From the IMG/VR virus record IMGVR_UViG_3300008261_000014, positions 56,454 through 76,453 of that record: a stretch of DNA of 20,000 bases; one strand, 5' to 3'. A model generated the notes under the pieces. That model worked only from the letters and a program-made list of their open reading frames with translations. It was not told the DNA's origin and ran no database searches. Source of the DNA: an uncultured virus (IMG/VR IMGVR_UViG_3300008261_000014). Taxonomy: Duplodnaviria; Heunggongvirae; Uroviricota; Caudoviricetes. The translations under genes and the position numbers were made by a program. Below, one piece after another: positions 1 through 9,074 of the stretch (the first letter of the stretch is position 1; each line of letters opens with the position of its first letter).

Positions 1-2
1 AT

Positions 3-905
3 CCAATATGTATTGGAACAGTAGCAGACAGCACTGGAAGTGCCTTGAGTTCTGCATATGGAATTAAGTATTTCTTAAACAATACTTTGGTTGCAAACTA
101 TGCAGCATATGCTTCTGGATTTAACGCAGCAACTGCTAGAAAAATAACTATACAGCCAAACTCATCTACACCAGTAAACTACTATTACTTTGACGGCCTT
201 AATGCTGCAAAGGGCAATCAGATTAGAACAATCACCAGGCTGACACAAGCAACATACGACTTTAATATCATTCCAGATTCAATTTACGGATCTGGAAAAG
301 ACGGAACAGTTACAATCTCAGCAAACACAGATCTTACTAGAGATATGTATTATAGTAATCTTACTATTGCCCCAGGCGTACACGTAAACACTAATGGGTA
401 TAGGGTGTTTGTAAGAAATATCCTTACCTTTAGTTCGGCAATTGCCAACCAAGCCACAACAAGTATTGGACTTAAGAATGGTTTTAGTGGTGTTGGATCA
501 CTTCTAGGAGGGTCTGAGGTTAGTGTATCAAATAGTCTAGGAGGAGATGGTCTTGGCTATGCTAGTAGCCTTCCAGTGGTTGCTAACGGTGGTCCTGAGT
601 ACTATAACTTACCAATGAATGCTATTAATGGATATGCTTTTGGTGGATCTTTAACAGTCCCACTGCCATTACGTGGTGGTGCAGGAAACGGAACTCAACC
701 AGGTGGTGGAGTTGTTGTAGTTTCTGCAAGAAAGATGGTTGGATTTGGAACAGTTTATGCAACTGGATACTACAACTCATCTGCAATGGCATACCAAACA
801 GGTGGTGGAGTAATCCTCCTAGTCTCTCAATTTGTAAGACCTTCATCCGTAGCACTTGATGTTACTGGGCATGAAGCAGGAACTATCAAAGAACTATTGG
901 TGTAA
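3..905 (+). CDS. Glycine-rich virion structural / tail-associated protein, 5'-partial
   Basis: Frame is open from the window edge; YGSGKDGTVTIS, GGAGNG, GGGVVVVSA and GGGVILLV segments resemble phage Gly-rich tail-associated domains. Confidence 0.6.
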   Translation, partial: PICIGTVADSTGSALSSAYGIKYFLNNTLVANYAAYASGFNAATARKITIQPNSSTPVNYYYFDGLNAAKGNQIRTITRLTQATYDFNIIPDSIYGSGKDGTVTISANTDLTRDMYYSNLTIAPGVHVNTNGYRVFVRNILTFSSAIANQATTSIGLKNGFSGVGSLLGGSEVSVSNSLGGDGLGYASSLPVVANGGPEYYNLPMNAINGYAFGGSLTVPLPLRGGAGNGTQPGGGVVVVSARKMVGFGTVYATGYYNSSAMAYQTGGGVILLVSQFVRPSSVALDVTGHEAGTIKELLV

Positions 906-907
906 TA

Positions 908-1417
908 ATGGAATTAATCTATTACGTTCCAGAAGGACGAACCCTTGACGAGGATATTCTATTTAAAGCACAGCAATCAGAATGCTCACAAGTTGTTATA
1001 GGTAAATCTGATTTAATTGATTTATATCTTCAAGACCCATCAGAGCCTCAAATTGTATACATTCCAGAAACAAACACTGTGTTTTTAGAAAAAGAAACAT
1101 TTCCTTTAGGAGAAGAAATTGAACTTTATTATTTAAATGAATGGTTAATTTATGAAAAAATGGAAGATTTAAGAATTGAACTTCATTTAGTAGATATGGA
1201 TGATCCAAAAAATATTCAAATAGTAGAGGAGTATCCTTTAGAAAAAGAAGGAGACATTAGGTTTGTAGTTCGTTTTACTCCAAAAACCTTTGGAGAATAT
1301 TACATTAAACTTTATGATAGCAATGGATTCTTGTATAACAAATCTTTAATTGTTTATAAAGAGACTGTTGTAGAAAACAAAGACACAGAAATTGAGGCAC
1401 CAAGATTTGAAGTATAA
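908..1417 (+). CDS. Acidic hypothetical protein
   Basis: 169 aa ORF, ATG 2 nt after the upstream stop. Confidence 0.7.
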   Translation: MELIYYVPEGRTLDEDILFKAQQSECSQVVIGKSDLIDLYLQDPSEPQIVYIPETNTVFLEKETFPLGEEIELYYLNEWLIYEKMEDLRIELHLVDMDDPKNIQIVEEYPLEKEGDIRFVVRFTPKTFGEYYIKLYDSNGFLYNKSLIVYKETVVENKDTEIEAPRFEV

Positions 1418-2003
1418 CATTCTTGCCCCAGGAATTGTAGAATTTCCCGTTGAAGATTTAATTATTGGTGAAGATGGACTGGCTCCACTTGAATTAAAGT
1501 CTAATAGAATCATATCCTCCGATAAAAAAATTAATTACAAATTAGAAAAACTTCAAAAGACTGTGCTAGAGTGCTTGGTTTCTTATTGTGATTTATACAA
1601 AGAGTCTATTCATACCCTACAATGGCAAGAAAAGTATCAATTTTTTGTAATGAATCCAGGATCTGGAATTCAAAATATTAACCTAAATGCATCTTCTTCT
1701 ATCAATGATAAAATAGATTATCTTCCATTTACAAGAAAGATAGCATGCTATGTTTTTCTTAATGACGATTACGAGGGTGGAAGTATTAAATTTGATCAGT
1801 TTGAAGACTTGATATACAAACCTAAAGGTGGTACAATATTATTATTACCAGCAGACTTTATGTATACGCACTCAGTCAACCCAGTCCTGAGTCATTATAG
1901 ATTAAGTCTCTTTACTGCTTTTCACGGTGGTAAAGATATTGATTCAGAGTTGTACGAGAAAGAAAAAGGCATAGGGACAATCTCCCTATCCTATATGAGA
2001 TAA
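1392..2003 (+). CDS. 2OG-Fe(II) oxygenase (prolyl 4-hydroxylase-like), HxD motif not evident
   Basis: R-x-I-A-C-Y-V-F-L-N-D-D-Y-E-G-G, P-A-D-F-M-Y-T-H-S-V-x-P-V and distal R; start codon uncertain. Confidence 0.75.
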   Translation: MRHQDLKYNILAPGIVEFPVEDLIIGEDGLAPLELKSNRIISSDKKINYKLEKLQKTVLECLVSYCDLYKESIHTLQWQEKYQFFVMNPGSGIQNINLNASSSINDKIDYLPFTRKIACYVFLNDDYEGGSIKFDQFEDLIYKPKGGTILLLPADFMYTHSVNPVLSHYRLSLFTAFHGGKDIDSELYEKEKGIGTISLSYMR

Positions 2004-2012
2004 GGGAATAAA

Positions 2013-2678
2013 ATGATTAAAGATATGCCAAAGGAAGTAACCAAGGATATTTTTGGTGGAGCCATTGCAATATACAATGACATCTTTACTAAAGAGCAGG
2101 CTGCAGAAATTATTGCAGCATACGAAGCAATAGATCAAGACGTAACAAGTCAAGTATCTTTTCAGGGTGCAAAAGTAGGTCAGGGACACGACGGTGGTAC
2201 TGTAAGGTCAAACCAAGTGATGGCAATTGACTCTTGTGACATTGTTTCTAAGACTGCAAAAGATATGCAAACGGCAACAGAATTAATTAGAGACAGACTT
2301 GGAGCAAGCGTTAGAGACTATTGTGACTCATTTGATTTACATATTGCATTTGACGAAGGCCTACAACTTTTAAAGTACGGTCCAGGAAAACAATACAAAG
2401 CACATTGCGATAGAGGACCAGGACATGAATACAGAACTCTTTCAGCAGTAATGTATTTAAATCCAAGTGAGTATGAAGGCGGTTCTACCTATTTTGTACA
2501 TCACGATGTAAATATTCATCCACAAACACCTTCTATTGCTTTGTTCCCTTCAGACTATGCATACCTACATCAAGCAAAGCCAGTAATTTCTGGAACTAAA
2601 TATGCTGTTGTAACGTGGTTAGGAGAGCCTGGAACTGAATTTTTATTGGAAGGAAACAGGTTCAGTGGTCAACAGTAA
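2013..2678 (+). CDS. 2OG-Fe(II) oxygenase, prolyl 4-hydroxylase-like
   Basis: LLKY-x-P-G-x-x-Y-K-A-H-C-D, R-x-L-S-A-V-M-Y-L-N, YEGG, H-x-A-x-P-V-x-x-G-x-K-Y: complete HxD...H triad. Confidence 0.9.
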   Translation: MIKDMPKEVTKDIFGGAIAIYNDIFTKEQAAEIIAAYEAIDQDVTSQVSFQGAKVGQGHDGGTVRSNQVMAIDSCDIVSKTAKDMQTATELIRDRLGASVRDYCDSFDLHIAFDEGLQLLKYGPGKQYKAHCDRGPGHEYRTLSAVMYLNPSEYEGGSTYFVHHDVNIHPQTPSIALFPSDYAYLHQAKPVISGTKYAVVTWLGEPGTEFLLEGNRFSGQQ

Positions 2679-3186
2679 GGTTAAAGATCCTTGGATTGTT
2701 GATAATTTTTTCAAGCAATCAGATTATACTTCTATTATAAACAAGATTAATACATTTAATTTTAACCAAGAGTGGCTTTGGTCAAATGATAATATGAATA
2801 GATGGTTTCATAATTCTCCTTATATAACCAATATACTCATAACTAACATTGACAAAGCAAGAAAAGATTTTGGGAGTGAGACATTGCTACCAACTTATGC
2901 TACCGTTGCTCTATACGAAAACGACAAATCGTCTTTGCCATTTCACTATGATAGCAATGCATGCACCTATAGTTACGACGTTTGCCTGTATTCAAAAGAA
3001 CCTTGGCCTGTTACTATTGAAGGTAAAGACTATGTTCTTAAAGCCAATCAGGCTATTGCAATGTACGGTGAAGATCAATTTCATGGCAGACCACCTTTTA
3101 CACCAGGAAATAAAGTATTAATGCTCTTCTTACATTATGCAGAGCCAGACCATTGGTATTTTAACTACAAAGAAAAGACTAGATAA
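2665..3186 (+). CDS. 2OG-Fe(II) oxygenase-like protein
   Basis: L-P-F-H-Y-D-S-N-A-C, Y-x-G-x-x-x-x-H-G-R, and terminal FLHY. Confidence 0.8.
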   Translation: MVNSKVKDPWIVDNFFKQSDYTSIINKINTFNFNQEWLWSNDNMNRWFHNSPYITNILITNIDKARKDFGSETLLPTYATVALYENDKSSLPFHYDSNACTYSYDVCLYSKEPWPVTIEGKDYVLKANQAIAMYGEDQFHGRPPFTPGNKVLMLFLHYAEPDHWYFNYKEKTR

Positions 3187-4457
3187 TGAACATAGCAACC
3201 AGAACAAACTCATTTGAGGGAACAAACTTTGACCCTGAATACTTAGTTGACGAAAGAAAAACTTCTTCTATCTTTGTAAGCATTATTGGAGAAAACGAAG
3301 GTGTTTATGACACTATTGAAAGTTTATATAACAATGCAAGAGATCCAGGAAACCTATTTGTTAGTTGTACTATAGGAATAGTTGGTCATGGATTTCAAAA
3401 CTATATAGGTCTAGAGCCACCAATCAATCATCCAAATTTAAGAATTTCATACGTTCCTACTTCTTATGTTGCTTTGGACGGCAAAGAAAAAAACTATATC
3501 TATGATACCTATGGCAAACTAAGAATGTTTACAGACTCTAAATACAATAATGAAACATACTTCATGACTATAGGATCTGATATGCGTTTTGATCCAGACT
3601 GGGACATTGTTCTACTTAAACAATATCAGTCACTTGCTGAGTTTGATTCAAAGGTTTTGCTTACTGCATTTCCAAGAGCCTATCTGCCACATGACAACGA
3701 AACAGAAGGTTTTAAGTTTTACATGAATCATAAAGAAATGACTACTCTACAAAGAGAAGAGTATGACGGTGCAAGGTATCCAAGTTCTGGCATTATGGAA
3801 AACTCTACTATGGTTAGATTTCTAGACAGCACAGAAGGAATCCAAAAAGATGAAGAGTTAGATGAATTCTATGATGAATTACAAATGCACAAAGACTTTT
3901 TATTTGATAATGGATTCCCATTGTACTATGGACTTAAGTTTAAAGAGAATGAAGTTATAGCAAAAACAAATGCTTTATCTTTATACTTTTTGTTTGGCAA
4001 AGCCAAAGATATTAATAGAATTAATAAAGCATCGGAAAAGACTTTATCAATTCATGAAGACAACTTTAAAACTACTTTAAAGTTTTTTAAAGAAGGTTTT
4101 TCTTTCTACAGTATGAGATGGACACCCATCTATAAGCACTATGGATCAAGGCTGTTCCTTACAAGGACGGGCATTGACTGGGAAGAAACAAAGGTATATG
4201 AAGATTCAAACTTTAAAGATACCGAATCTTATAAAGAAATTAAAGAGATTGTAGATTCTTTTATTGATTCAAAAGATGAAAAATTAATCTTTGATTTTAA
4301 TACTTTCTTTGGTATAGATTGGGAAGGTCTAGTCTTTAAGACAAAGACACATAGGTCAAAAAATAGTCTTGTTAATTTAATTAACTCGATGATTTCAATG
4401 TACTCATTTTCTACACAAGAAAACTCTTTGCATTGGAATAAAAGGTATGTCAAGTAA
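3186..4457 (+). CDS. GT-A glycosyltransferase, Skp1-hydroxyproline GlcNAc-transferase-like, divergent
   Basis: IFVSI...TI-x-x-LY-x-NA-x-x-P...YFMTIGSDMRFDPDWD; paralogous to 9074-10213. Confidence 0.7.
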   Translation: MNIATRTNSFEGTNFDPEYLVDERKTSSIFVSIIGENEGVYDTIESLYNNARDPGNLFVSCTIGIVGHGFQNYIGLEPPINHPNLRISYVPTSYVALDGKEKNYIYDTYGKLRMFTDSKYNNETYFMTIGSDMRFDPDWDIVLLKQYQSLAEFDSKVLLTAFPRAYLPHDNETEGFKFYMNHKEMTTLQREEYDGARYPSSGIMENSTMVRFLDSTEGIQKDEELDEFYDELQMHKDFLFDNGFPLYYGLKFKENEVIAKTNALSLYFLFGKAKDINRINKASEKTLSIHEDNFKTTLKFFKEGFSFYSMRWTPIYKHYGSRLFLTRTGIDWEETKVYEDSNFKDTESYKEIKEIVDSFIDSKDEKLIFDFNTFFGIDWEGLVFKTKTHRSKNSLVNLINSMISMYSFSTQENSLHWNKRYVK

Positions 4458-5148
4458 AAAAATACAATTTTCTTTAATTGATCCACTGTTGTCTGAGGCT
4501 GCACCAAAACCAGAGCCTGCCAATAAGAACCTTCCAGATTGGTATAAGTCTATGGATACTTACATCGGTGGTAAGTTTGATGGAATGAACGCTACTATGA
4601 AAAAATGTGTTCCTATTTTGGATTCATTGTCTACTGGCTATGTAATAAAAACATGGACGGACATCTTGGTTAAAAGAGATGGGCATGGTAACGTAGATGT
4701 TTCCTGGTCTATGGATTACGACACTAAAGCAGTAGAGGGACATACAGACGATCAGGTAATTGGATATCCAGTGCCGTATGGTTATGAAGATACTGTTTTA
4801 AAGTTTATTAATCCTTGGAGAATTACTACCCCAGATGGTTACAGTACAATGTTTTTTCAACCACCACATCGTGAAGATCTTCCATTTAAGATCATTCCAG
4901 GGTTTGTAGACACTGACAGATTTCCTTTAGTCATTAACTTTCCTTTTCACATCAGAAAAGATTTCGCTGGTGTAATCCCTTACGGAACTCCAATATGTCA
5001 CGTTGTGCCATTTAAAAGAGATTCGTTTACTGCTGAGTACTCAGTAGATGAAAGCAGAGGTTATCAACAAACAATGCTTAATAAGCACAACACATCTTTC
5101 GTCAATAGATATAAAAATCTATGGTGGAATAGAAAAGAATATAGATAG
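4447..5148 (+). CDS. Conserved phage protein (possibly DUF6065-like / dUTPase-type beta fold)
   Basis: PEPA-x4-PDWYK, TMKKCVP, NPWRITTPDGYS, GFVDTD, GTPI-x-x-VVPFKR; paralogue of 8337-9074. Confidence 0.65.
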   Translation: MSSKKIQFSLIDPLLSEAAPKPEPANKNLPDWYKSMDTYIGGKFDGMNATMKKCVPILDSLSTGYVIKTWTDILVKRDGHGNVDVSWSMDYDTKAVEGHTDDQVIGYPVPYGYEDTVLKFINPWRITTPDGYSTMFFQPPHREDLPFKIIPGFVDTDRFPLVINFPFHIRKDFAGVIPYGTPICHVVPFKRDSFTAEYSVDESRGYQQTMLNKHNTSFVNRYKNLWWNRKEYR

Positions 5149-5162
5149 GGTATACTACGACA

Positions 5163-5525
5163 ATGATTATTTATGCATACGCACACGACGACTTTAACAG
5201 TTACGCAGACTTTATGCGTGGGCTGACAGTTGCCATTGAAACGTATAAGAATTCTGAGGACAACAGGATCGACATCTGGTGTGGTGGCCCTCACATGTTA
5301 AATGATTTTACTGCAGAGTATTGCAATAGGACTTCGGCTTACTTTAAGCAAAAGAAAATCAAAATAAAGTATCATCGTGTGCCCAAACAACTCTTCCTAG
5401 ATGAACTTGACAAAGGTCCTGTAGAAATGGTATTATATTTTAGTGCTAAAGAGTACAATCCGTATTTTGACCCTATTATGAGTAAGGCTGAAAATATGGA
5501 AATACCTACAAGGATCTATAAATGA
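5163..5525 (+). CDS. Hypothetical protein, possibly SLOG/YspA-like
   Basis: 120 aa; N-terminal strand followed by F-x-x-Y-x-x-F helix; family call weak. Confidence 0.55.
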   Translation: MIIYAYAHDDFNSYADFMRGLTVAIETYKNSEDNRIDIWCGGPHMLNDFTAEYCNRTSAYFKQKKIKIKYHRVPKQLFLDELDKGPVEMVLYFSAKEYNPYFDPIMSKAENMEIPTRIYK

Positions 5526-5755
5526 TCACAAGGAGAGAAATGAAGATTAACAAGTTAGAACAAGCAGAAGCAATCGTTGCAAAGTCTAAGGACCTACATT
5601 GGGACGGCTGGACAATTGTAAAGTTTAAGAGAAGCAAGGCTGCAGAGTTTAGCAAAGATGGAATGCGTTACAAGGGCGTATGGGGCTTTGCGAATAGATA
5701 TGTCCCCACAAAGGACGGATGGAACCTTCCTAATGAATCTATTCGAAGAGACTAA
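5522..5755 (+). CDS. Hypothetical protein
   Basis: ATGA overlap; LHWDGW motif; alternative start at 5540 after AGGAG. Confidence 0.7.
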   Translation: MITRREMKINKLEQAEAIVAKSKDLHWDGWTIVKFKRSKAAEFSKDGMRYKGVWGFANRYVPTKDGWNLPNESIRRD

Positions 5756-6017
5756 TTGGCAAGTTCGAGGAATTTGTCAGGACCTTGAAGTAAATGAATT
5801 CTTTGATAAATATGAGGAAGACAAAGAAGTTGCTGCCTCTACAGATAAGATTTGTATTAACTGCCCTGTTATAAAGCAGTGCTTTGAATATGGAACTAAC
5901 ACTATGTCCTGGGGAGTTTGGGGTGGAGTTTATTTGGCAGATGGAAAGCCAGATAATATGAAGAATGCCCATAAAACTTCAGAGACATGGAATAAGATAA
6001 TCGAGAAGATAGGATAA
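5733..6017 (+). CDS. whiB: WhiB-family Fe-S transcription factor
   Basis: W-x5-C...FF...C-x2-C-P-V-x3-C...G-V-W-G-G; start reassigned to ATG 5733. Confidence 0.92.
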   Translation: MNLFEETNWQVRGICQDLEVNEFFDKYEEDKEVAASTDKICINCPVIKQCFEYGTNTMSWGVWGGVYLADGKPDNMKNAHKTSETWNKIIEKIG

Positions 6018-6020
6018 GAA

Positions 6021-6278
6021 ATGGCTACGAAGTTCACTCCAGAGATGCGAAAGGCTGTTCGAGATTTAAAACCACCTTATGGCGTGGTGATAGATTTTGT
6101 TGAATACCCAGACTACATAGGACTTAGAACTTATGAAAATCAGGTTATGGCTATGAGTGAACAACGACAAGTAGGCCTCATGGAGTATATGCAGATGCTT
6201 AGAAAGATCATTGAAAGTTTTGGTGTCAAGTGTCATTTTGACGGCAAAGCAGGAGATCCACCAAGGGGTAAAAAATGA
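6021..6278 (+). CDS. Hypothetical protein
   Basis: 85 aa ORF in operon, AGGA upstream. Confidence 0.75.
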   Translation: MATKFTPEMRKAVRDLKPPYGVVIDFVEYPDYIGLRTYENQVMAMSEQRQVGLMEYMQMLRKIIESFGVKCHFDGKAGDPPRGKK

Positions 6279-6469
6279 AAGACATTGAACTATCTAGACC
6301 AGTTTGGATCATAGACGAAGAAGTTGTTGGTAATCTAATTAGTGAGGGCGTTCACGCTTCAACCATTGAATGGATTAAAGATGGCATCTATTATAAAGAG
6401 ATGTTAATTATTGAAGAATATAATGAACTGGAAGACTTAGGATTCCCTTACGAAGTAGACGGCGAGTAA
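6275..6469 (+). CDS. Hypothetical protein
   Basis: ATGA overlap, 64 aa acidic. Confidence 0.7.
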   Translation: MKDIELSRPVWIIDEEVVGNLISEGVHASTIEWIKDGIYYKEMLIIEEYNELEDLGFPYEVDGE

Positions 6470-7504
6470 ATGAGAAAGTATAACAACGTTAAGGCACTAT
6501 GCTTTGATGATATTCTTTTGGTGCCACAACAGTCAGGTGTTAAAAGTAGATCAGACGTAGACCTATCTATGACTATTGGAGTTAGGCCAGAAGCACAGAT
6601 CACATTGTCTACTCCAATTATCTCTGCACCTATGGACACTGTTACTGAATGGGAGATGGCTTCTCATATGTCTAGGCTTGGTGGTCTAGGTATAATCCAT
6701 AGGTATATGGATGAGGTAGAGCAGGTAAGACAAGTTAAACTTGTTTCCGAAATGGGATTTGTAGTTGGTGCAGCAGTTGCTGCTACTGGATACTATGAGT
6801 CACACGCCTTAGAATTAGAAGAGGCTGGAGCAAAAGTAATATGTGTTGATACAGCAAATGGTCACAGTGATTATGCACTAGAAGCCGTAAAGAAATTGAG
6901 AGCAGTTTTAAATCCTGCTACACACATTATGGCTGGCAATGTTTCAACAGCAGAAGGATACAAGATGCTATTGCAGATGGGTGCAGACTCTGTTCGTGTT
7001 GGAATTGGTGGTGGTGCAGCCTGCACTACTAGGATTGTAACTGGGCACGGAAGGCCAACCCTACAGTCCATCTTAGATTGCTTTAATGATGAATCAGTAT
7101 CTAATCTGGGAATCATTGCAGATGGTGGAATTAGGAACTCAGGAGATATGGTTAAGTCTTTTGCAGCAGGGGCATCTGCAGTTATGCTAGGATCTGCTTT
7201 GGCAGGACACGACGAGGCTCCAGGAGACATTATTGATGGCTTTAAGTCTTTCCGTGGGATGGCTTCAAGTGAGGCTCAGGAGGCCTGGAGAGGCTATTCT
7301 GCAGGTTCTGAGGGTATATCTACTAAGGTACCATACAAGGGGGCAGTTGAAGATAGTCTAAATAAATTTAGATTAGGCCTAGGCTCAGGGTGTTCTTATT
7401 CTGGATCTCACAGCCTGTCAGATTTGCAAGAAGACTCCGAATATGATACAGTATCTATAGCAAGTTTAAACGAATCCAAACCACACGCAAGGGGATCAGC
7501 ATGA
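6470..7504 (+). CDS. guaB: IMP dehydrogenase / GMP reductase family protein lacking the CBS subdomain
   Basis: FDDILLVP, SAPMDTVTE, GIIHR, DTANGHS, catalytic loop GIGGGAACTTR, IADGGI, FRGMAS, EG; IMPDH versus GMPR activity not resolvable by eye. Confidence 0.9.
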   Translation: MRKYNNVKALCFDDILLVPQQSGVKSRSDVDLSMTIGVRPEAQITLSTPIISAPMDTVTEWEMASHMSRLGGLGIIHRYMDEVEQVRQVKLVSEMGFVVGAAVAATGYYESHALELEEAGAKVICVDTANGHSDYALEAVKKLRAVLNPATHIMAGNVSTAEGYKMLLQMGADSVRVGIGGGAACTTRIVTGHGRPTLQSILDCFNDESVSNLGIIADGGIRNSGDMVKSFAAGASAVMLGSALAGHDEAPGDIIDGFKSFRGMASSEAQEAWRGYSAGSEGISTKVPYKGAVEDSLNKFRLGLGSGCSYSGSHSLSDLQEDSEYDTVSIASLNESKPHARGSA

Positions 7505-8130
7505 CCTGTATAGTCTCAACCGTTAGTTCACAGTATGCAGTATTGGCATCTGATTCTGGTATTACTTGGGATAACATTAAAGCCACACCTACAAATAAAA
7601 TTGTTCAACAAGGCACTTGGCTTATTGGTGCTGCAGGAGCAGATAGAGTTTGCGATGTAGTACAGTTTGGAATTAAGTATCCAGTTGTACCCAAGACAGT
7701 AAACCTTGATGACTACAACGAGGCAATGAAATTTATGGTTACAAAGGTTGTACCATTAATCAGAGATGCAATGTCAGATGAGCAATCATTAAAAACAGAA
7801 AATGGAGTGGCTGGAATACCAGACGACTCATACTTTACTTTAGTAACACACGGAAAGTCTTTCACTGTCAGTGAGACACTTGGAGTTTCAGTCAACAGAG
7901 ATTATTCTGTAATTGGTTCTGGAACAGAGTTGGCAATGGGATATCTAGCACACGGCTGGAAAGATCCAGATTGGGTAAAGAAGCATGACCAGCATGCAGC
8001 ATGGGCAGTTGAGGCTGCAATTAAACACGACACCTATTGTGGAGCACCAGTAATGGCCTACAAGTCATTTCCTTCAGGGGAGGTTAAGATGTATCGTAAG
8101 GGTGTTGGGACTGGCACGGTGGAAAAGTAA
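7501..8130 (+). CDS. Ntn-hydrolase (proteasome beta / HslV-like) protein
   Basis: M-T-C-I-V N-terminal Thr, ASDS, K, IGSG-x-x-x-A-x-G, A-x-x-x-D-x-x-C-G. Confidence 0.85.
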   Translation: MTCIVSTVSSQYAVLASDSGITWDNIKATPTNKIVQQGTWLIGAAGADRVCDVVQFGIKYPVVPKTVNLDDYNEAMKFMVTKVVPLIRDAMSDEQSLKTENGVAGIPDDSYFTLVTHGKSFTVSETLGVSVNRDYSVIGSGTELAMGYLAHGWKDPDWVKKHDQHAAWAVEAAIKHDTYCGAPVMAYKSFPSGEVKMYRKGVGTGTVEK

Positions 8131-8324
8131 TGCCCGTATATGAATACAAATGCTCTGAAGATGATGCACACGCTATAATGTCAGTGCATAGATCAATTAA
8201 AGATGAAGATCCAGGATATACTTGTGTTGAATGTGAAGCAGATATGATTAGATCTTATTCATCATTTGCAATACAATTTAAAGGCTCAGGATTTTACAAA
8301 ACAGATTCAGCAAAAAACAAATAG
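8130..8324 (+). CDS. FmdB-family zinc-ribbon protein
   Basis: MPVYEYKC...C-x2-C...FKGSGFYKTD. Confidence 0.9.
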   Translation: MPVYEYKCSEDDAHAIMSVHRSIKDEDPGYTCVECEADMIRSYSSFAIQFKGSGFYKTDSAKNK

Positions 8325-8336
8325 AAAAGGTAGACA

Positions 8337-9074
8337 ATGTTTAAGAAGAAAAAGTTTAGGCCCTATCAGGACATTACTTTTGTTGCTAGGGATGAGATAA
8401 TCTTACAATCTTGTGAGGCCCCTAAGCCAGCAAGAACTTTAATTCCAGATTGGTATAAAAATATACCTTCTCATCACTCAAAAACAGCAGAGTGGGATGA
8501 TAGATTTGGCAGTGCTAACTCAACACTAAAACAGTGTATGCCGTTCTTTGATGCGTTTACTATGGGATATATTATGACAACCCCTTGTGATATTTATGTA
8601 GAGAGTTCTTTTAATGGAGCAAGTGTAAAGATTAGTTCACACCCATCTTTTAACATAGTTAATACTAGAGGTCCATCAAATAAAACATCTATGCCTATTC
8701 CAGATGAGTACTATGACTGTGAGTTTACTTGGCTTACACACTGGGAAGCAAAGACTCCACCTGGCTACAGTACTTTGTACACACACCCACTAAACAGAGA
8801 TGACCTTCCAATTCATACAGTTTCTGGCGTGATGGATACTGATCACTGGTATGCGACAGGGAACCACCCATTTTTTATTAAAAAGGGATTTGAGGGGGTT
8901 ATTCCAATGGGAACACCAATGATGCAAATCATTCCTTTTAAGCGTGAATCTTGGATGGCTACAGAGCCAAGGGCTATGGGAAAAGATGAATACGAACTAC
9001 TAAACATGAAGGTAAGAAGACATCTTTCCAGTGGCTATAAAAAAGAAATGTGGCAGAAAAAAGAATACATGTAA
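8337..9074 (+). CDS. Conserved phage protein, paralogue of 4447-5148
   Basis: PKPA-x4-PDWYK, TLKQCMPF, TPPGYS, GVMDTD, GTPMMQIIPFKR. Confidence 0.65.
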   Translation: MFKKKKFRPYQDITFVARDEIILQSCEAPKPARTLIPDWYKNIPSHHSKTAEWDDRFGSANSTLKQCMPFFDAFTMGYIMTTPCDIYVESSFNGASVKISSHPSFNIVNTRGPSNKTSMPIPDEYYDCEFTWLTHWEAKTPPGYSTLYTHPLNRDDLPIHTVSGVMDTDHWYATGNHPFFIKKGFEGVIPMGTPMMQIIPFKRESWMATEPRAMGKDEYELLNMKVRRHLSSGYKKEMWQKKEYM

